A DNA stretch of 64,000 nucleotides, from assembly GCA_030141605.1 (NCBI GenBank), contig JAQGDQ010000830.1:1-64000 (forward strand), read 5' to 3'. Shown piece by piece: positions 24,101 to 36,325 of the stretch. The stretch is from Tubiluchus corallicola. Lineage: Eukaryota; Animalia; Priapulida. Made by a program: the position numbers and the translations under genes. The notes under the pieces were generated by a model. That model ran no database searches, was not told where the DNA came from, and saw only the letters and a program-made list of their open reading frames with translations. How positions within the stretch are numbered: the first letter of the stretch is position 1; each line of letters opens with the position of its first letter.

Positions 24101-26149
24101 AATAAATTAAACAAAAATCACCAACCCTGTGACATATCTATATCTATTTACTATGTGAAAACATGAGAAACTGTCTTATCAATACAAAAATCTACAAATT
24201 TTTGGACTGATAATGACAATTTGGTGTAGATCTAGTCAAAATGTTTTGGCACTTTCTAAATAGATAGGGAAAATGGGTACTGTGGGTCAAGATTCCTGTA
24301 AGCATCACGAAATTTTGGAATGGCATATACATATACAAACAGCTACTGCTGGCTACAGAGGTTGTTGTTGTTGTTCTTGTGGTGGTGGTGGTGGTCATCG
24401 TCGTCGTCATCATTCTACTATTACTATTACTATTACTGTTGCTATTACTGCTGCATAACTATTACTATTGCTGTTACTATTACTATTGCTATTACTATTA
24501 CTATTACTATTACTATTACTATTACTATTACTATTACTATTACTATTACTATTACTATTACTATTACTATTACTATTACTATTACTATTACTATTATTAT
24601 TAATTCTTTATTTAATGTGGATAACATGTTAATAAACAATTACAAGACTATTAGTTTTTTCCGAACCGGTCTACAAAATAAAATAAAGGCAAAAACATTA
24701 CAAAAATATTGCACATGGGAGCATTAAAAATACGACATAAAATCTGATTTAGAAATTGCATAATTACACTGTTTAAAAGCAATTTAAATATCACAATTTA
24801 TAAAGAATAAGTAAAACAAAATACAAATTATACACAATATAAACAAGGATAAACACAATCAGTACACTTTAGTAAAACATGTGTAGTAAGAGATAAAAAG
24901 AAAAACATGTTCATTCTAGTTTACAGGCTACAGTGTTTCTAATAAGCATTTTTTAAATCATGATGTAAAAGCATTAATGCTATTGGCGTCGGTCACTTCT
25001 AGTGGTAAAGAGTTCCACAGTTGAGCTCCAGAGAAAGCTAAAGTACGTATATAAGTATCTTTGGCTTTGGTAAGTAGAATTTGTGGGACTCAGCTGGTCG
25101 TGTGACCCTGCTTTGCATGTCTGAAACATATGTAACTAATTCCCTCAGGTAATCAAGCGCATGATAATTCAAAATTTTATACATCATCAAGCCTTTGTGA
25201 TATTTAATCCTGTCAACTAAAGGAAGCCATTTGAGTGTGGCAAGCAAATCACTCTTGGACGTTTCCGTGGTTCAGTTGAGTATGAGCCGCCAGCCTTGTT
25301 TTTGGATTCTGAAGGCTCTCAGTAATGTTTGTTGGTCACAGTTGCCCCTGATAAATGCAGCAATACTCAAGATGTGGCTGTACATAACTGTAGTAATATA
25401 GTGTTTTCGTTCTCCTGGGAAGATATTGTCTTAGTCTTCGAAGGACTGCTAAACTTGCCAAAGCCTTTCTCTGTATTTCAGAAACGTGAGCTTCTTAGGA
25501 TAAAGTGTTGTCTATAATTAACTCTAACACTTTTTCTGGCTGGCATTATGGTACTTACTCTGCTTGTGGGTCTTAGTACGTCTACACGTACATTTTGCCA
25601 CTTTTTATTTTAATTATGTGGCACATTTTCCTCTTACGGCTCAAAGCTGAGCTTGATTTGATGCAGTTGAGTTATTTGTACCTGAGTGTTTTACAGAATA
25701 GACGAAAATAAACGTTATCTATCTAGCTATCTATTTATTATCAGTGAACGCAGACAGTTTACGACTACCTATTTTATATGATTTTATGTGATTTTATTTA
25801 ATGCGATTTTCCCCATGTTTAAATCTTCCAGCTGATATCTGATGATAAATCGCCTTGCTAGAGGGAGTGCTGGTTTGAAATGTCGTGCTCTCTTTTTCTT
25901 AATCGTGGAATTTTTCATTAGTTTTACATATATTAATTTGTACGTTAAAATTGAATTTAATATTGCTCCTACCTTTATAGCAAAGAATCCTACAAGAAGC
26001 GCTATGACGTCACTTAACATATGAAAAGAGTCAGCTACAAGTGCCATGGAGTTAGTGATTAAACCAACAATAAGTTCGCACAGAAAGAAACTGAATGTCA
26101 GTGTGAGCATCGACAATAGCCGACATCTTTTTCCTGTATAGCGAGCCAT
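14772..26149 (-). CDS. SLC30A1: ZnT1/SLC30A1-like cation diffusion facilitator (zinc exporter), 8 coding exons, 479 aa
   Basis: Phase-consistent GT-AG exons 26149-25973, 23347-23122, 22060-21845, 21561-21411, 21198-21155, 16928-16846, 15531-15349, 15131-14772 sum to 1440 nt. Motifs: ADSFHMLSD, GALINSVFL, HGHSHGSHSH loop, QLNMRGVFLHVLGDALGS, YLDP, LLQVAP, Cys-rich tail. Confidence 0.9.
15349..15531 (-). CDS. SLC30A1: ZnT exon 7 (cytosolic dimerisation domain)
   Basis: Acceptor cttgtag, VTAIKEITEINICQHRPDLIMASVTIRCDNFKEYLLAKEQVRIFFYKLGITYLTVQPDAAE, donor gtaagt. Confidence 0.85.
15710..16121. mobile_element. Foldback/MITE-like element in ZnT intron 6
   Basis: Left arm has repeated TGGTAC motifs from GGAAAAATTTGGTA; right arm has inverted GTACCA motifs ending CTTGTACCAACCTTTCC. 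Confidence 0.5.
16473..16920 (-). repeat. Tandem duplication (~235 bp) of most of ZnT exon 6 plus its donor and adjacent intron
   Basis: GCCTGCAGGTGAGGGGGTGCCACTTGTAATAAAGTCATCACTGA occurs at ~16641 and ~16877; flanking intron sequence is also repeated. Confidence 0.9.
16846..16928 (-). CDS. SLC30A1: ZnT exon 6
   Basis: Acceptor gtttcag, KTSVMTLLQVAPPHLQAELVQAKLLEK, donor gtatgt. Confidence 0.85.
18019..18145. repeat. ~127-bp imperfect palindrome
   Basis: AAAAAATATGGATTAAAAAAGGCAGCTAAAT pairs with ATTTAGTTGCCTTTTTTAATCTATATTTTTT; the inner arms also pair. Confidence 0.8.
21155..21198 (-). CDS. SLC30A1: ZnT exon 5 (TM6)
   Basis: Acceptor ttttacag, LLLCAIMMSTAIPL, donor gtaagt. Confidence 0.85.
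21411..21561 (-). CDS. SLC30A1: ZnT exon 4 (TM5)
   Basis: Acceptor tttgcag, HRGEGGQLNMRGVFLHVLGDALGS...YYLDPAL, donor gtaaat. Confidence 0.9.
21845..22060 (-). CDS. SLC30A1: ZnT exon 3 (His-rich loop)
   Basis: Acceptor ctttag, HGHSHGSHSH...DDGHNHPHS, donor gtaatt; phase 1-1; not in the ORF track. Confidence 0.85.
23122..23347 (-). CDS. SLC30A1: ZnT exon 2 (TM3-TM4)
   Basis: Acceptor ttttcag, LAKSKKSNKMYEMYRMETVGALINSVFL...GLFLFH, donor gtaagc. Confidence 0.9.
24355..24602. repeat. Compound microsatellite, mostly (ATTACT)n
   Basis: Direct reading. Confidence 0.95.
24940..25500 (-). mobile_element. CR1/L2 LINE 3' fragment in ZnT intron 1
   Basis: LKWLPLVDRIKYHKGLMMYKILN and downstream GAQLWNSLP. 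Confidence 0.8.
25973..26149 (-). CDS. SLC30A1: ZnT exon 1 (TM1-TM2)
   Basis: MARYTGKRCRLLSML...ADSFHMLSDVIALLVGFFAIK followed by donor gtagga. Confidence 0.9.
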
Positions 26150-27599
26150 TCTAGGCTGAGGTGAACAATAAAGATGTACTGTGATAAGTTACACCATTCT
26201 GGAATAAAGTAACAAGTATGAACGTTGGCTCGCTTATATTGAAGCTGTTCGTACGTAACTTGCATTACGTGATTACAAAAAGATCACATGAATGTGTTCG
26301 TGAAAAACACACCCGAACACACAGCGGTATATTATCGATCGCATATGTCTTTGTGTGAACCAACCTTAAATAATAAATTGATATGTGAACCTTAAAAACT
26401 ATTTCATTACAATGCTGAACGACAAAACACGAATTTTAATTCACGTAAAGTCCTAAACACTGTGATGTTCTCAATGAAATTTCTGCTACGCACTGTTATA
26501 CTAGACTGTTAGATGGTGTGGTCTGAGTAGCTACTATATAAAGTTTCAAGTCCAACATAGTAAGTCATTGACCCCTCCAGCTATAAGCTTGCTCACTTAG
26601 CGACTAATTTACAAAATGAATTGCAGTTTTCGCTTACAGTAAGTGACAGTCTCTTTATCACTATGCACCAAACTACAGCTTACACAACAGATATTCGTTT
26701 ATTTAAAACCGTAATATGTTCTAACAAATCTTGCGCATTTCTTATATATATAAATAAGCGAAATAGTACTTACTGCTGTAGTAAACCTATCTTAACGCGT
26801 TTACTGTCTGATCGCATACAGTTTCGCGATTGTAACTTTGTCTACGATATATTTGTTTTTTATTAGGTTGTAAATCTCTAACTGCATGTACTTAAGTAAC
26901 ACAAGTAAATACTGAAAAGGTTCAATGTTTATAAAAGTTCATACTGGGATTTTTACGCAATGCGCAGCTACACGCACTCTGCAGGAAAAAATGATAAACG
27001 TTGATGTTCTATAACGAGAGCTGGAGCCCTGGTATTGCGCGTGATTCTGGCAGACCCTTGCCGCCAGTAGCGTGGAACGAAAATAGTAACATTAAATAAA
27101 AACTGTCTGCAGCTGTGCAACTTCCTAACTCGTTTGCCTAGAACTTCTTGACCTGAAAAGCTAAAATTAATATTGCAAAGTCTATTTTCATTTTTAGCCA
27201 TTCAAGAGTGATGATACAGTGTTTAAAGCGCGCACAGTACTATATTTTAATAAATATTGTTTGCTAACTCATACATAGTATGATGCCTTTGTTTATCTCT
27301 AAATTTTATGGACTAAATAGGCTAAATTTTAGTACTAAGTTTTAGTCCAAATTCAGTAATCCATATCCTGGCTGTAAAATTTCACAAAAATTTCACAGAT
27401 TAGATACTGCTGATCAGATCTAGAAATCCCTAATTTAACAGAATTTAATTCCCAACCAGGTTGCAACTGAACACGTTGGTTTACCTTTTTATTGCTATTT
27501 CGTAATACGTTTAATATATATATATATTATATATATTAATTCTTCATTTCTCATAAAATGGTTCACTCATTATAATAAAATTGAGTAAGCCGCAGCGTA

Positions 27600-30500
27600 A
27601 TGTTAAAATAACCACACTGTTCAAGACAAATGCGTCCAGTGCATACTAAAAAAACTAAAGTGCAAAACTATATACAATAAATGAACATATATACAAACAT
27701 CATATTAAAATATTTTTACAAAACAATTTTACGAAAGTACATTAAATTTTACATGACATATTTTACACTATATATACATTTGACATGACACAATTAACAG
27801 AAACATGCTTTACATTACATAAATTTCACTCATTACATTTACACTATTTATACATTTGACATTACAAAACTAACACAACACGAATTACATTACATAATTT
27901 TTTTATAAAATTTTCATTTTTAATCGTTATATGGAGCCAGATGCACAATGTGGAAGTTGAAACCTGTTATATTGATATTCTTTTAATTTCTTTTTAAAGT
28001 GGTATAATATATTGATATATTTATAAAGAAATATCAGTGTTTTGTAATCTCGATAGGCTTCTAATATTGGTATTTTTGTGGATGTTCTTAAGCTTGTTGC
28101 AGAACCAGCATGTTGTTTAGCAGTTTTGTTAGAGTAGCCATGAATTAATCTAAGTGCGTAGTCTTGCATTGTGTTTAGTTTTCTAAAGTTTTCATATTTA
28201 ACATTTTGAAGTAAAGTGCAAGCATATAGATAATGTGGTAATATTAGACTTTTGTAGATGAGAATTTTTGTTTTCTTGGTTAGATAGCCTCTGGTTTGGC
28301 GTAAGAATGTCGTGCTTAATGCCATCTTGTTGTGTATTTGATGAAACTATTCATCCCAAGTGAGTTTATTGTCGACATTAATGCCTAAAAATTTTACAGT
28401 TTTTGCTTGTTCTATGGAACAGCCACCTACTTTTAGTGTTGCATTAGAAGAAGTAATGTCATTTGACTTGGGTGATATTACCATAAATTCTGTCTTATCA
28501 TCATTCATTTTTAAACCAAAATAGTTAAATGCTGCACTTATATTTGTTGCCTTTTTCTAGATTATTTTTTGATGTTAGAAAGTCTGCGTGTGGTGTATAG
28601 AGTGTTGTATCATCGGCATATTGTGTTAAGTCTGAATTATGTAAAACTAAATGAATTTTATTAACGTATAAACAAAAGAGTAAAGGACCTAATATCCTAC
28701 CTTGCGGGATGCCTCTCTGTGGTGTGTCCCATGTTGAAAAAGTGTGTTTGCTCAACTTGACTCTTTGTTTTCTATTATGTAGGTAATTATTAATTAGTTT
28801 GAGCGAAGTATAATCGAATCCTAGTTGGCGTAAGTTGTCTAGTAGTAAATTGTGATCGAGGCTGTCAAAAGCTTTACTTAGATCTAAAAATGCTGCTGTT
28901 ATATATTTATTTTTATTTAAGTTGTAACGCCACTTTTCAGTGGCATCAATTATTGCATCTATTGTAGAATGTAGTTTTCTAAAACCAAATTGATGATTTG
29001 ACAGTAACTTATTATTTTCAATGTAATGGTTTATTTGGTTGTAGATAACTCTTTCAAATACTTTGGCTAGTGCGTGCACTACTGAGATTGGTCTGTAGTT
29101 TTTAGCGTCATCTTTAGCATCTTTCTTGTGCTTTGGAGTTATGTTTGCTTGTTTACACACTGCTGGAAATTCTGAGCGCATTAAGACTTGGTTTGTGATA
29201 TATGTTAGATGAGGAGTAATGATGCTGGCACAGTCTTTTAAGATTTTTATTGGCATGTCTGAGGGTCCACTTCCTTTATTTATATTTAAACTGTTTAATA
29301 TTCTAAAGATGTCATATTCTGTGACGCTAGTAAATGAGAAAGTGGATTGTGTTACTGATTAGTTTTTGTATATATTGTGTATATATTATATTTTATGTGG
29401 GTGTGGCAAGTTGTCAAATTTTCCGAGATTGATAAATGTGGAATTTAATTTGTTAGCAATGTCAACTGGATCAGATATTATACTGTCATTTTCTCGTAAA
29501 CTGTTTATTTGTAATTGATCGTTTCTATATCTGTTAAGTACGTCATTAATTAAACGCCATTTTTGCTTAGGTGTAGTTGCATCATTGCATTTATTAATAT
29601 AATATTTATTTTTGAGTTTCCTGTTGTAGTTATTAAATTTATTTTTGTGTATTTTTGTAATTATTGTAATTGCTTTTACCTTTTAAATGTAAATATGTTC
29701 TATATAATTCATTTTTATTGTGTCTTAGTTTTGCGAGTTCTGTATCCGCCCAAGGGCAAGCAGATTTTGCATTAAATTGCTGCTGATGTATTTTAATTTT
29801 TTTATACGGTGCACAGATATCCAGGCAGTATTCCATATTATTTGTTAGCGTGTGTATTTGTATGTCAATGTCAGTCATTGTGTAAATATTACTCCAGTCC
29901 AATTTGGTTAAAGTATCTTGAAATATATCTTTATTATATGTAGAATAATCTCTGACTGTTTTCCAGACTGTGCCTGTATTGTTTTTGGTTGGTTCTTTTT
30001 TGTCTACTATTATTATAAAATCATGATCAGAATAATCACACGAGAAGTTTTCTTGTACTTGGAAATTGTCTTTAGCGTTTGAGATAAAGTGGTCTATGAT
30101 AGATGATGTTTTAGTGATTCTTGTGGGTTTATTACTTGCGTTTAGTATTTGCGTGTTATACTGGTCCAAGACTTCTTTATACTTTTTGCACTGAGCAGTT
30201 TTTGTTGCATTAATATCGATATTAAAATCCCCCATTAATAAAACTGGTTGATTTTCAAGTACAGCACGTTCAAGTTCAATTTCAAAATGTTTTAGAAAAG
30301 TTTTATATTTTTGATTTGGTGGCTTATAAATGACACCTACAATGTAGTTTTCGATATTATACCAAATTGATTCTATTTTGTTAGTTTTAATTCCTTTGGC
30401 TTCGTTAAATGACATGTGTTTTGGGATGTACATTGCAACCCCTCCTCCACGTTTATGTGTGGGACGGTCTCGACGTATGAGTGTATGATGAGGCAGTTGT

Positions 30501-31600
30501 ATGGAGGCATTAGGTATTTGCTTGTGTAGCCAAGTTTCGGTTATTCCAAGGACTAAATTTTCAGATGAACGAACTGTGTATTTAAGCAATGCATGTTTTT
30601 TTGTCAGACTTTGTATATTGATATATAGAAATTTCAAATTCTTTTTATGTTTTTGCATAAAATCTGCCAGCTCTAGATCAATGTGGTTTTGCGTGGGGGT
30701 TTGATTTAAGGGACCTGGATTAGTTTCAGTACAACCAATTATAAGCAACATTTTTAATACTGTTAGAAAATAATTATGGTTACAATTATTTTTAATTAGG
30801 TAAGGGAGTACACGTAATAAAGTAGGGGAGTACTGAAACTTGTAGTATAAATCTCTAGTATCTGTAAGTGTGCACTTTCTCACAGATGAATACTGTAAAA
30901 TAGAAGCAGAATAGCAAAAATTTACGCACGAGTTATTTTCGATCCGATTTTGAGATATTATTACGCAGCAAGACGTGCATACACGTTTCAGTGTACCAGA
31001 GATTGGCACTGGACACATCTGTCCTGAGTTTGTAATGTCTTTACACAATATTCGTTTATTTTGAGTAAAACTTAAAATTTTTCGTTTAAAATTCATGATT
31101 AAAATATATGTATATATATCACGCTTATTACAGTTATTTACAGTTTAGTTCATTCGTGTCATCTTAAATAAACTGTTTAATAGTTTTTCAAACTTTGAAA
31201 TGGATTCTTTTACTAATCCGGTAAACAGATTTTCAATTTCTGATTTTAATGCCTCTTTTTGAATGGGCTTAGTATCACCTGAAGGTTTATCAGAGTCATT
31301 TGAATAATTTACAGGAGTTGGTAGTAATGGTAATCTTTTAACTGCATTCGCGTAACTGGCTGGTTTATAATTATATTGACTTTGTGTAAAGCCACGAGTA
31401 ACTGTATCTTTGTTTTGATTAGTCTTAACCCTACACCATCGATTTGGGTCATTAAACAAACATAGTTTAATGCATTCTCGCAACTTTTGTACACCTAATC
31501 TACTCAGGTGTAATCCGTCTCTCGCAATTAAATTATCATCTTCAAAATGACATTGCAAATTGCACAAAATGGTATTAGTTTTAGTTGTCAGAGTGTCAAA
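27600..31600 (-). mobile_element. CR1/L2-group LINE, 5'-truncated ORF1 (SGNH-esterase-like end) plus frameshifted ORF2 (2A-like motif, APE, RT)
   Basis: ORF1 RDGLHLSRLG; ORF2 NIQSL, ITETWL, RGGGV, MGDFN, IDH, SDH; RT NYRPIS, QFGFR, FLDLSKAFD, GIPQG, YADDT. Confidence 0.93.
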
Positions 31601-31647
31601 GGTTTTAAGGTTTAAGATTTAAGGTTTTTAACAGATGGTTATGTTAA

Positions 31648-32312
31648 AGGACAAGAAAATAGGTACCTGAAGTAAGTTTCAGGAAAATCGCCATAAAAAA
31701 TTATATTACTTTACAGCAATTTTATGTATATATCGTACTCATGTTAAAAGGAATTTTTGTTTGTTTTCATTTTAAATCTCCCGCATGTTCCGAAGTCGCC
31801 ATTACATGACGTCATCTGCGCAAACGTAAATCAGAGGAAGAAAAGGCAATGTTAAATTATGTCCCAAAAAACTTTCCATGCAAATCTATATTACTTAGCA
31901 TTTCGCTTACCTGCTGGAAAGGCCTTATGTAATTAGAAATAATAAATTAAAATGTTCGTGTCAATTGGTAAAATGTCACTGGCTCACCCTCCAGGGTGCG
32001 CCACTCACTGACCAAAAACGTATTTTTAATCTTATTGACAAAATACAGTAATTTAAAATTTTACTTAGTTAGTAACATGTGTGCTATGAATGCTCTGATT
32101 ATTTTTTCAAACTTCACGCAATGTTATCTAAACTTGTATCAAACAACCTACCATTAAAATGGCTAACGGTCATCGCGGGAGTTTAAATTTACAAGTTTTT
32201 ACACAGCATTATTGCCGACGCAAGCCCTGCATGCAAAAAGGCAGTATGTAAGGATATAAAATTTCACGACGAACTTTTAAAGCTTTATGTAAGTGGAGGG
32301 CTTTCTTGTGCT
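31648..32312. mobile_element. Kolobok-like non-autonomous DNA transposon
   Basis: TTAA|AGGACAAGAAA ... TTTCTTGTGCT|TTAA (10/11 TIR match, TTAA on both sides); weaker inverted similarity continues inward. Confidence 0.6.
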
Positions 32313-32695
32313 TTAATTAACATTAAAATTTGTAATACTGTATTCTGTGTAATGTTTACAACAAACAATATTTCCAGTTCTAATGAATGACGTCATACTG
32401 TATAAAACGAGGAGGGTTCAAATGTTTTATTTGCATTCTTCAATTTCCACTTTAAATCCGATATTCAATTATTCACTTTTTCAAATTACAATTCAGTGTT
32501 TCTTCGCCTTTCATTGTATTACAATTCATATTTGTTGAAATAAAGACCATGGCCCTGATTCATCAAACTTGCATATAGTAAAGAGAATGTATTTCAAATT
32601 TATGATTAAAGATCAAACTATTGCCTCAGCCGGAAGTCGAGTTAGGTGGGGCACATCACGCTACGATCAGCTGATGTGTGACCCACTTACGTGGG

Positions 32696-32940
32696 GACGC
32701 GTTGCGATTATAGATTTGATGACGTAGCTCCTATGTGCAGAGATTCAGTACGCATCATAAGAATTACAAAAGCAGTTGGAGCCGGCAACTCAGGGCGACC
32801 AGAGAGATAATCTAGAGACTGAGGGTTAGTCTGTTACTCGTTATTTGTACTTGTATCTTACGTTTAATAAACGTGCAATTTTATAAATAAGGACTTGCTA
32901 GTTTGTTATGCCCTCTCGGCTGTTTACCTCGCAACACGTC
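32696..32940 (+). mobile_element. Putative solo LTR or small TIR element
   Basis: Ends GACGCGTTGCGA...TCGCAACACGTC (11/12 inverted match); AATAAA at ~32866; no clear TSD. Confidence 0.4.
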
Positions 32941-34509
32941 AGAAGCCATACAGCCACAGCAGCTATAAACTATTACAAACTCAATTTTTTTTACTCGTAT
33001 ATATACGTATATATATCGTACGGAAGTATATTATTTGCGACTATCATTACTCGTTAGTGTTCTGCTCTAAGGCGACTCATCAAGCGTAGTTAATATAGTC
33101 TTAAGTGGTATAGTCTACACGAATACCATTATTTTAGAATAATGATAAACATGATTTATTAGTGCCAGATAGTATGTTCGTATATTTTTGGAAAAAAGGT
33201 GTAAGCAGCACCTAAATGTTCTTCTGATTCATATCATAAGCATGGTACCACCACTTACTGGTGAAAAGTGAAACTAAAACAAAGTTTGATATATAAACCA
33301 CGTTCAGAACAAATTGTGACACATCGACATCGACAACTGAGAAAATCAGTGTAAAGACACTAATGGAGAAAATCAGTGAAAAAAAGTGTGGGAATCTTAA
33401 ATAATGTTGGAAGCCTTCAGCATAGCTTTGGATTACGTTCCACGGCACAAAACTTCACCTGAACGAAATCACCTGAATATAATATAGCACGTTATAAAGC
33501 TTTATTCCAAAAAATTTAATGTTTCGTAAATGCAAGCAACTCTGTGTCTGTCTCCTGTCTCTGCAATTTCTGTAATCAGAAATTACTTGTCAAATCATAT
33601 CAATATGATGTCTCGAAGGTGAAAGAGCTGTTACCAACAAGTTTACCTAAAAGTGGCCACGTCAAGCAAAAGAAAGTCTACAAGAAATATTCTGCTGAAA
33701 CGAATAGTCAAAATTTGATTAGAACTTAACTTTCGTGGTATCTGTAATGGTGCGCATGCGCTATATCTACACAAACAAAGCCTGTTACATCACAGTTAAA
33801 AATATGTACATATACAAAGCTCAGAACAGTAATTAATTTTGCAATATCTTGACAACAAAAAACTCACACAAAAAAATTTTTACATCTTTGTTTAACTAGT
33901 AACGTTACTAAAAATTAAAAATTCAGACAATAACGCTAGTTAATAGCATTAAAAATTGACGACTTTCTGAACAAATACGTTCTATAAGGGAGATATAATA
34001 ATTATTTCGAGAATATTTTAAACTGTAGGAGTGAACGTTACTAATTGTTTGAAAATTTGAAATAAGTGCAAATGGAAGTATCATAAATATATGACGAAAG
34101 CGATATATAAAACTCAGGCAGCGAGCAGAGCATGGCTCGATAAATGCCAGATCAAAAATCCGATTGTCACTTGACGCAGAATTTGTTATGGTATCACTTC
34201 CGGTAAAGTTTCTCTTGCGAATCGGGGGAAAATTAGGCTTGTTTTGAAAATGATGTTATTGACCCCGTCTTAAATTCAAAATGGTGGATTTAAAATCTGA
34301 CTCCATCAATCGATGCAGAACTTCTTCTTGTACATTTCGTCGGTGACATAAGCTCTTGCAGCTTGTAGATCTGCGTTTTTGAAATCGACGTAGAATAAAC
34401 ATCGATCTTATAAACTTCGGGTTGAGTTTGATGACGATCAATTGCGTTTTAGTCTTTAAGCTATTTATAAGCACAAGTACATTACGTTATCACAGACGTT
34501 CTTAATTGA

Positions 34510-35776
34510 CTAATAAAACCAATGGCGTCCAAAACCATTACCTCCTTCATACCCTCCATATCCGTGTCCAGAGCTAGCTAGGTTATGCCCACCATAATCA
34601 TAACCATCAATCCCAACGGTAAGATATCTACCATATATACCGTATGGGTACGTGCTAAATCCACCATGACCTCCATATCCGTTTCTGCCAGCTCCATGTC
34701 CACCGTAACCGCCAAAGCCGTGTCTGTGATATCCACCATGACCTTTAAATCCTCTGAAATCATGATTGCCAAATCCACCATAATTATGGTTATTGTATTT
34801 GTGTTTGCGACCCAATTTGTTTCTACCATAGCTGGTATACGGCAGTTCAGTATTCACGTTTGCACCATAACCACCCAATCCATATCTCAGCCCGTTGTGA
34901 CCGTAATTTCCATGCCCGCTAGTAAGCGAACTATAGCTGTCATCTCCATGACTATCCACGTCGTATCTTTTATCGCCATAACCATGATATCTGCCGTAAT
35001 TGTGACCACTGTAACCTCCATATCCTTGCCCAGAATGCCCATTAAAACTGAGCTTCCCGTATTCTCTTTTGCTAGGTATGTCTAAATTGATGTTATTATG
35101 AAAAAAGTTTGCTTTACCGCCGTATTTACCTAAGCCAGATCTATGATCATAGCTGTCCGGACCTTTCTGCTCAAATTTTCTGTTATACGAAACGCGTTTA
35201 TTGCCATCGCCAACGAGCTCATCTCTTCTAGCTTTTTTGGTGGCATCATCATAGAAATTGTCAAATCCATATGGATCGTAGCGGAACTCCCCATAGCTCT
35301 TTCGTCCAACTCTGCTTATGAACTCGTCACTTTTCTCATCTTTTGCAGCCTTATTCTCTGAACCAGAAACTCCATAATCTTTTTCATTGAATTCACTTGT
35401 GCTACGATGTTCATAATTTACAACAAAACCTGCTGGGTAGACTTCTTTCCTGTTATGAGTTTCCCGCCTTGCGTTTTGAGGAAGAGGATTTGAGTAAACT
35501 GTCCCTGTAGGTACGAGACCCTAAAACAATCAAGAGACCTGAAACATCTATAAAAACAAAATTTAATGTGTAATTATTGCCACGGCTTAAAACACAACTG
35601 AACTTCAAACTAGTGCAACTAGAAACAAATTCTTCAAGCAAAACCGGACCCAATTTTAAACTGTAGGTCAAAACAATCTACTTTTTAAGATATTGAAAGG
35701 AAACATACTATATTTTTAAAAATGACTTACGTGAAAGAATTATTACCACACAAACACAGTTTTGCGTTCGCACCAT
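34510..35776 (-). CDS. Secreted Gly/His/Tyr-rich precursor protein (~346 aa), 2 exons
   Basis: Exon 1 is 35776-35731 (MVRTQNCVCVVIILS, donor gtaagt, phase 1). One frame is open from 35520 to 34510, whereas the ORF track caught only the last 149 aa. An in-frame acceptor cctacag starts exon 2 at 35504, giving ...ILSRTVYS-NPLPQ. Many dibasic sites and GYGGHG repeats. Confidence 0.7.
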
Positions 35777-36325
35777 TAGTTCTTCGCTGTTACATGGATT
35801 TCGCCATTCGCTAGTTAGACGGGCACGAACTCCTGCATTTCGGAAACGCATTGCACAAAAACAGGTGCTGTACCTCGCAGTTCAAATGTATTAGTTTGTG
35901 ACGAGTTAGTTAGTTTAGTTCATGCGTGTGTTCAGCGGTAAATTTGAAATTTAAATTTTTATCTTATCGCTTGCCTAGTACTACACACTGAATACCTTAC
36001 AGTAGCGCTACTGTACTTCAATTTAAATTTTCGTAAACACGTGCAACACGCTCGTACAATATTTTTGCTGTTGGAAATGTTAGTTTGTAATCTCGTCAAC
36101 AGTTGGGCTCGCTCGTCGTTAATTAAGTTTTTAGTTTTTGCAGTATTAATTGTGTTAAAATGTATACTTTTTTATCGAACTTGAAAATAGGGTAGTATAC
36201 AAAAAATCAACCTGTCTTCCTTTAAACAATTAAACAGTTGAAGGGTCAACAACTGATCATCGTCAAAGTGCAAGAGAAAAATAGTGAAATTTTATATATA
36301 ACAAACAACAGCATTATAAAAAATT
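35636..36325. repeat. Local duplicate block, copy 1 (intron 1, exon 1 and upstream region of the Gly-rich gene)
   Basis: Collinear with 54335-55032, e.g. CAATTTTAAACTGTAGGTCAAAACA, TTCGCCATTCGCTAGTTAGACG, TTATCGAACTTGAAAATAGGGTAGTATA. Confidence 0.9.

Noticed and set aside
24192-24727. ORFs of poly-IT/poly-Y
   Set aside because: Microsatellite translations; the same applies to ORFs at 39.4-40.5 kb, 46.0-46.3 kb, 47.1-47.8 kb and 48.9 kb.
33212-33448. Hydrophobic 78-aa ORF as a membrane-protein exon
   Set aside because: No recognisable family motif or linked exons; T-rich DNA readily yields such ORFs.
34585-35361. Plus-strand Thr/Ile/Ser-rich ORFs (also 46683-47066)
   Set aside because: Antisense shadows of the Gly-rich genes.
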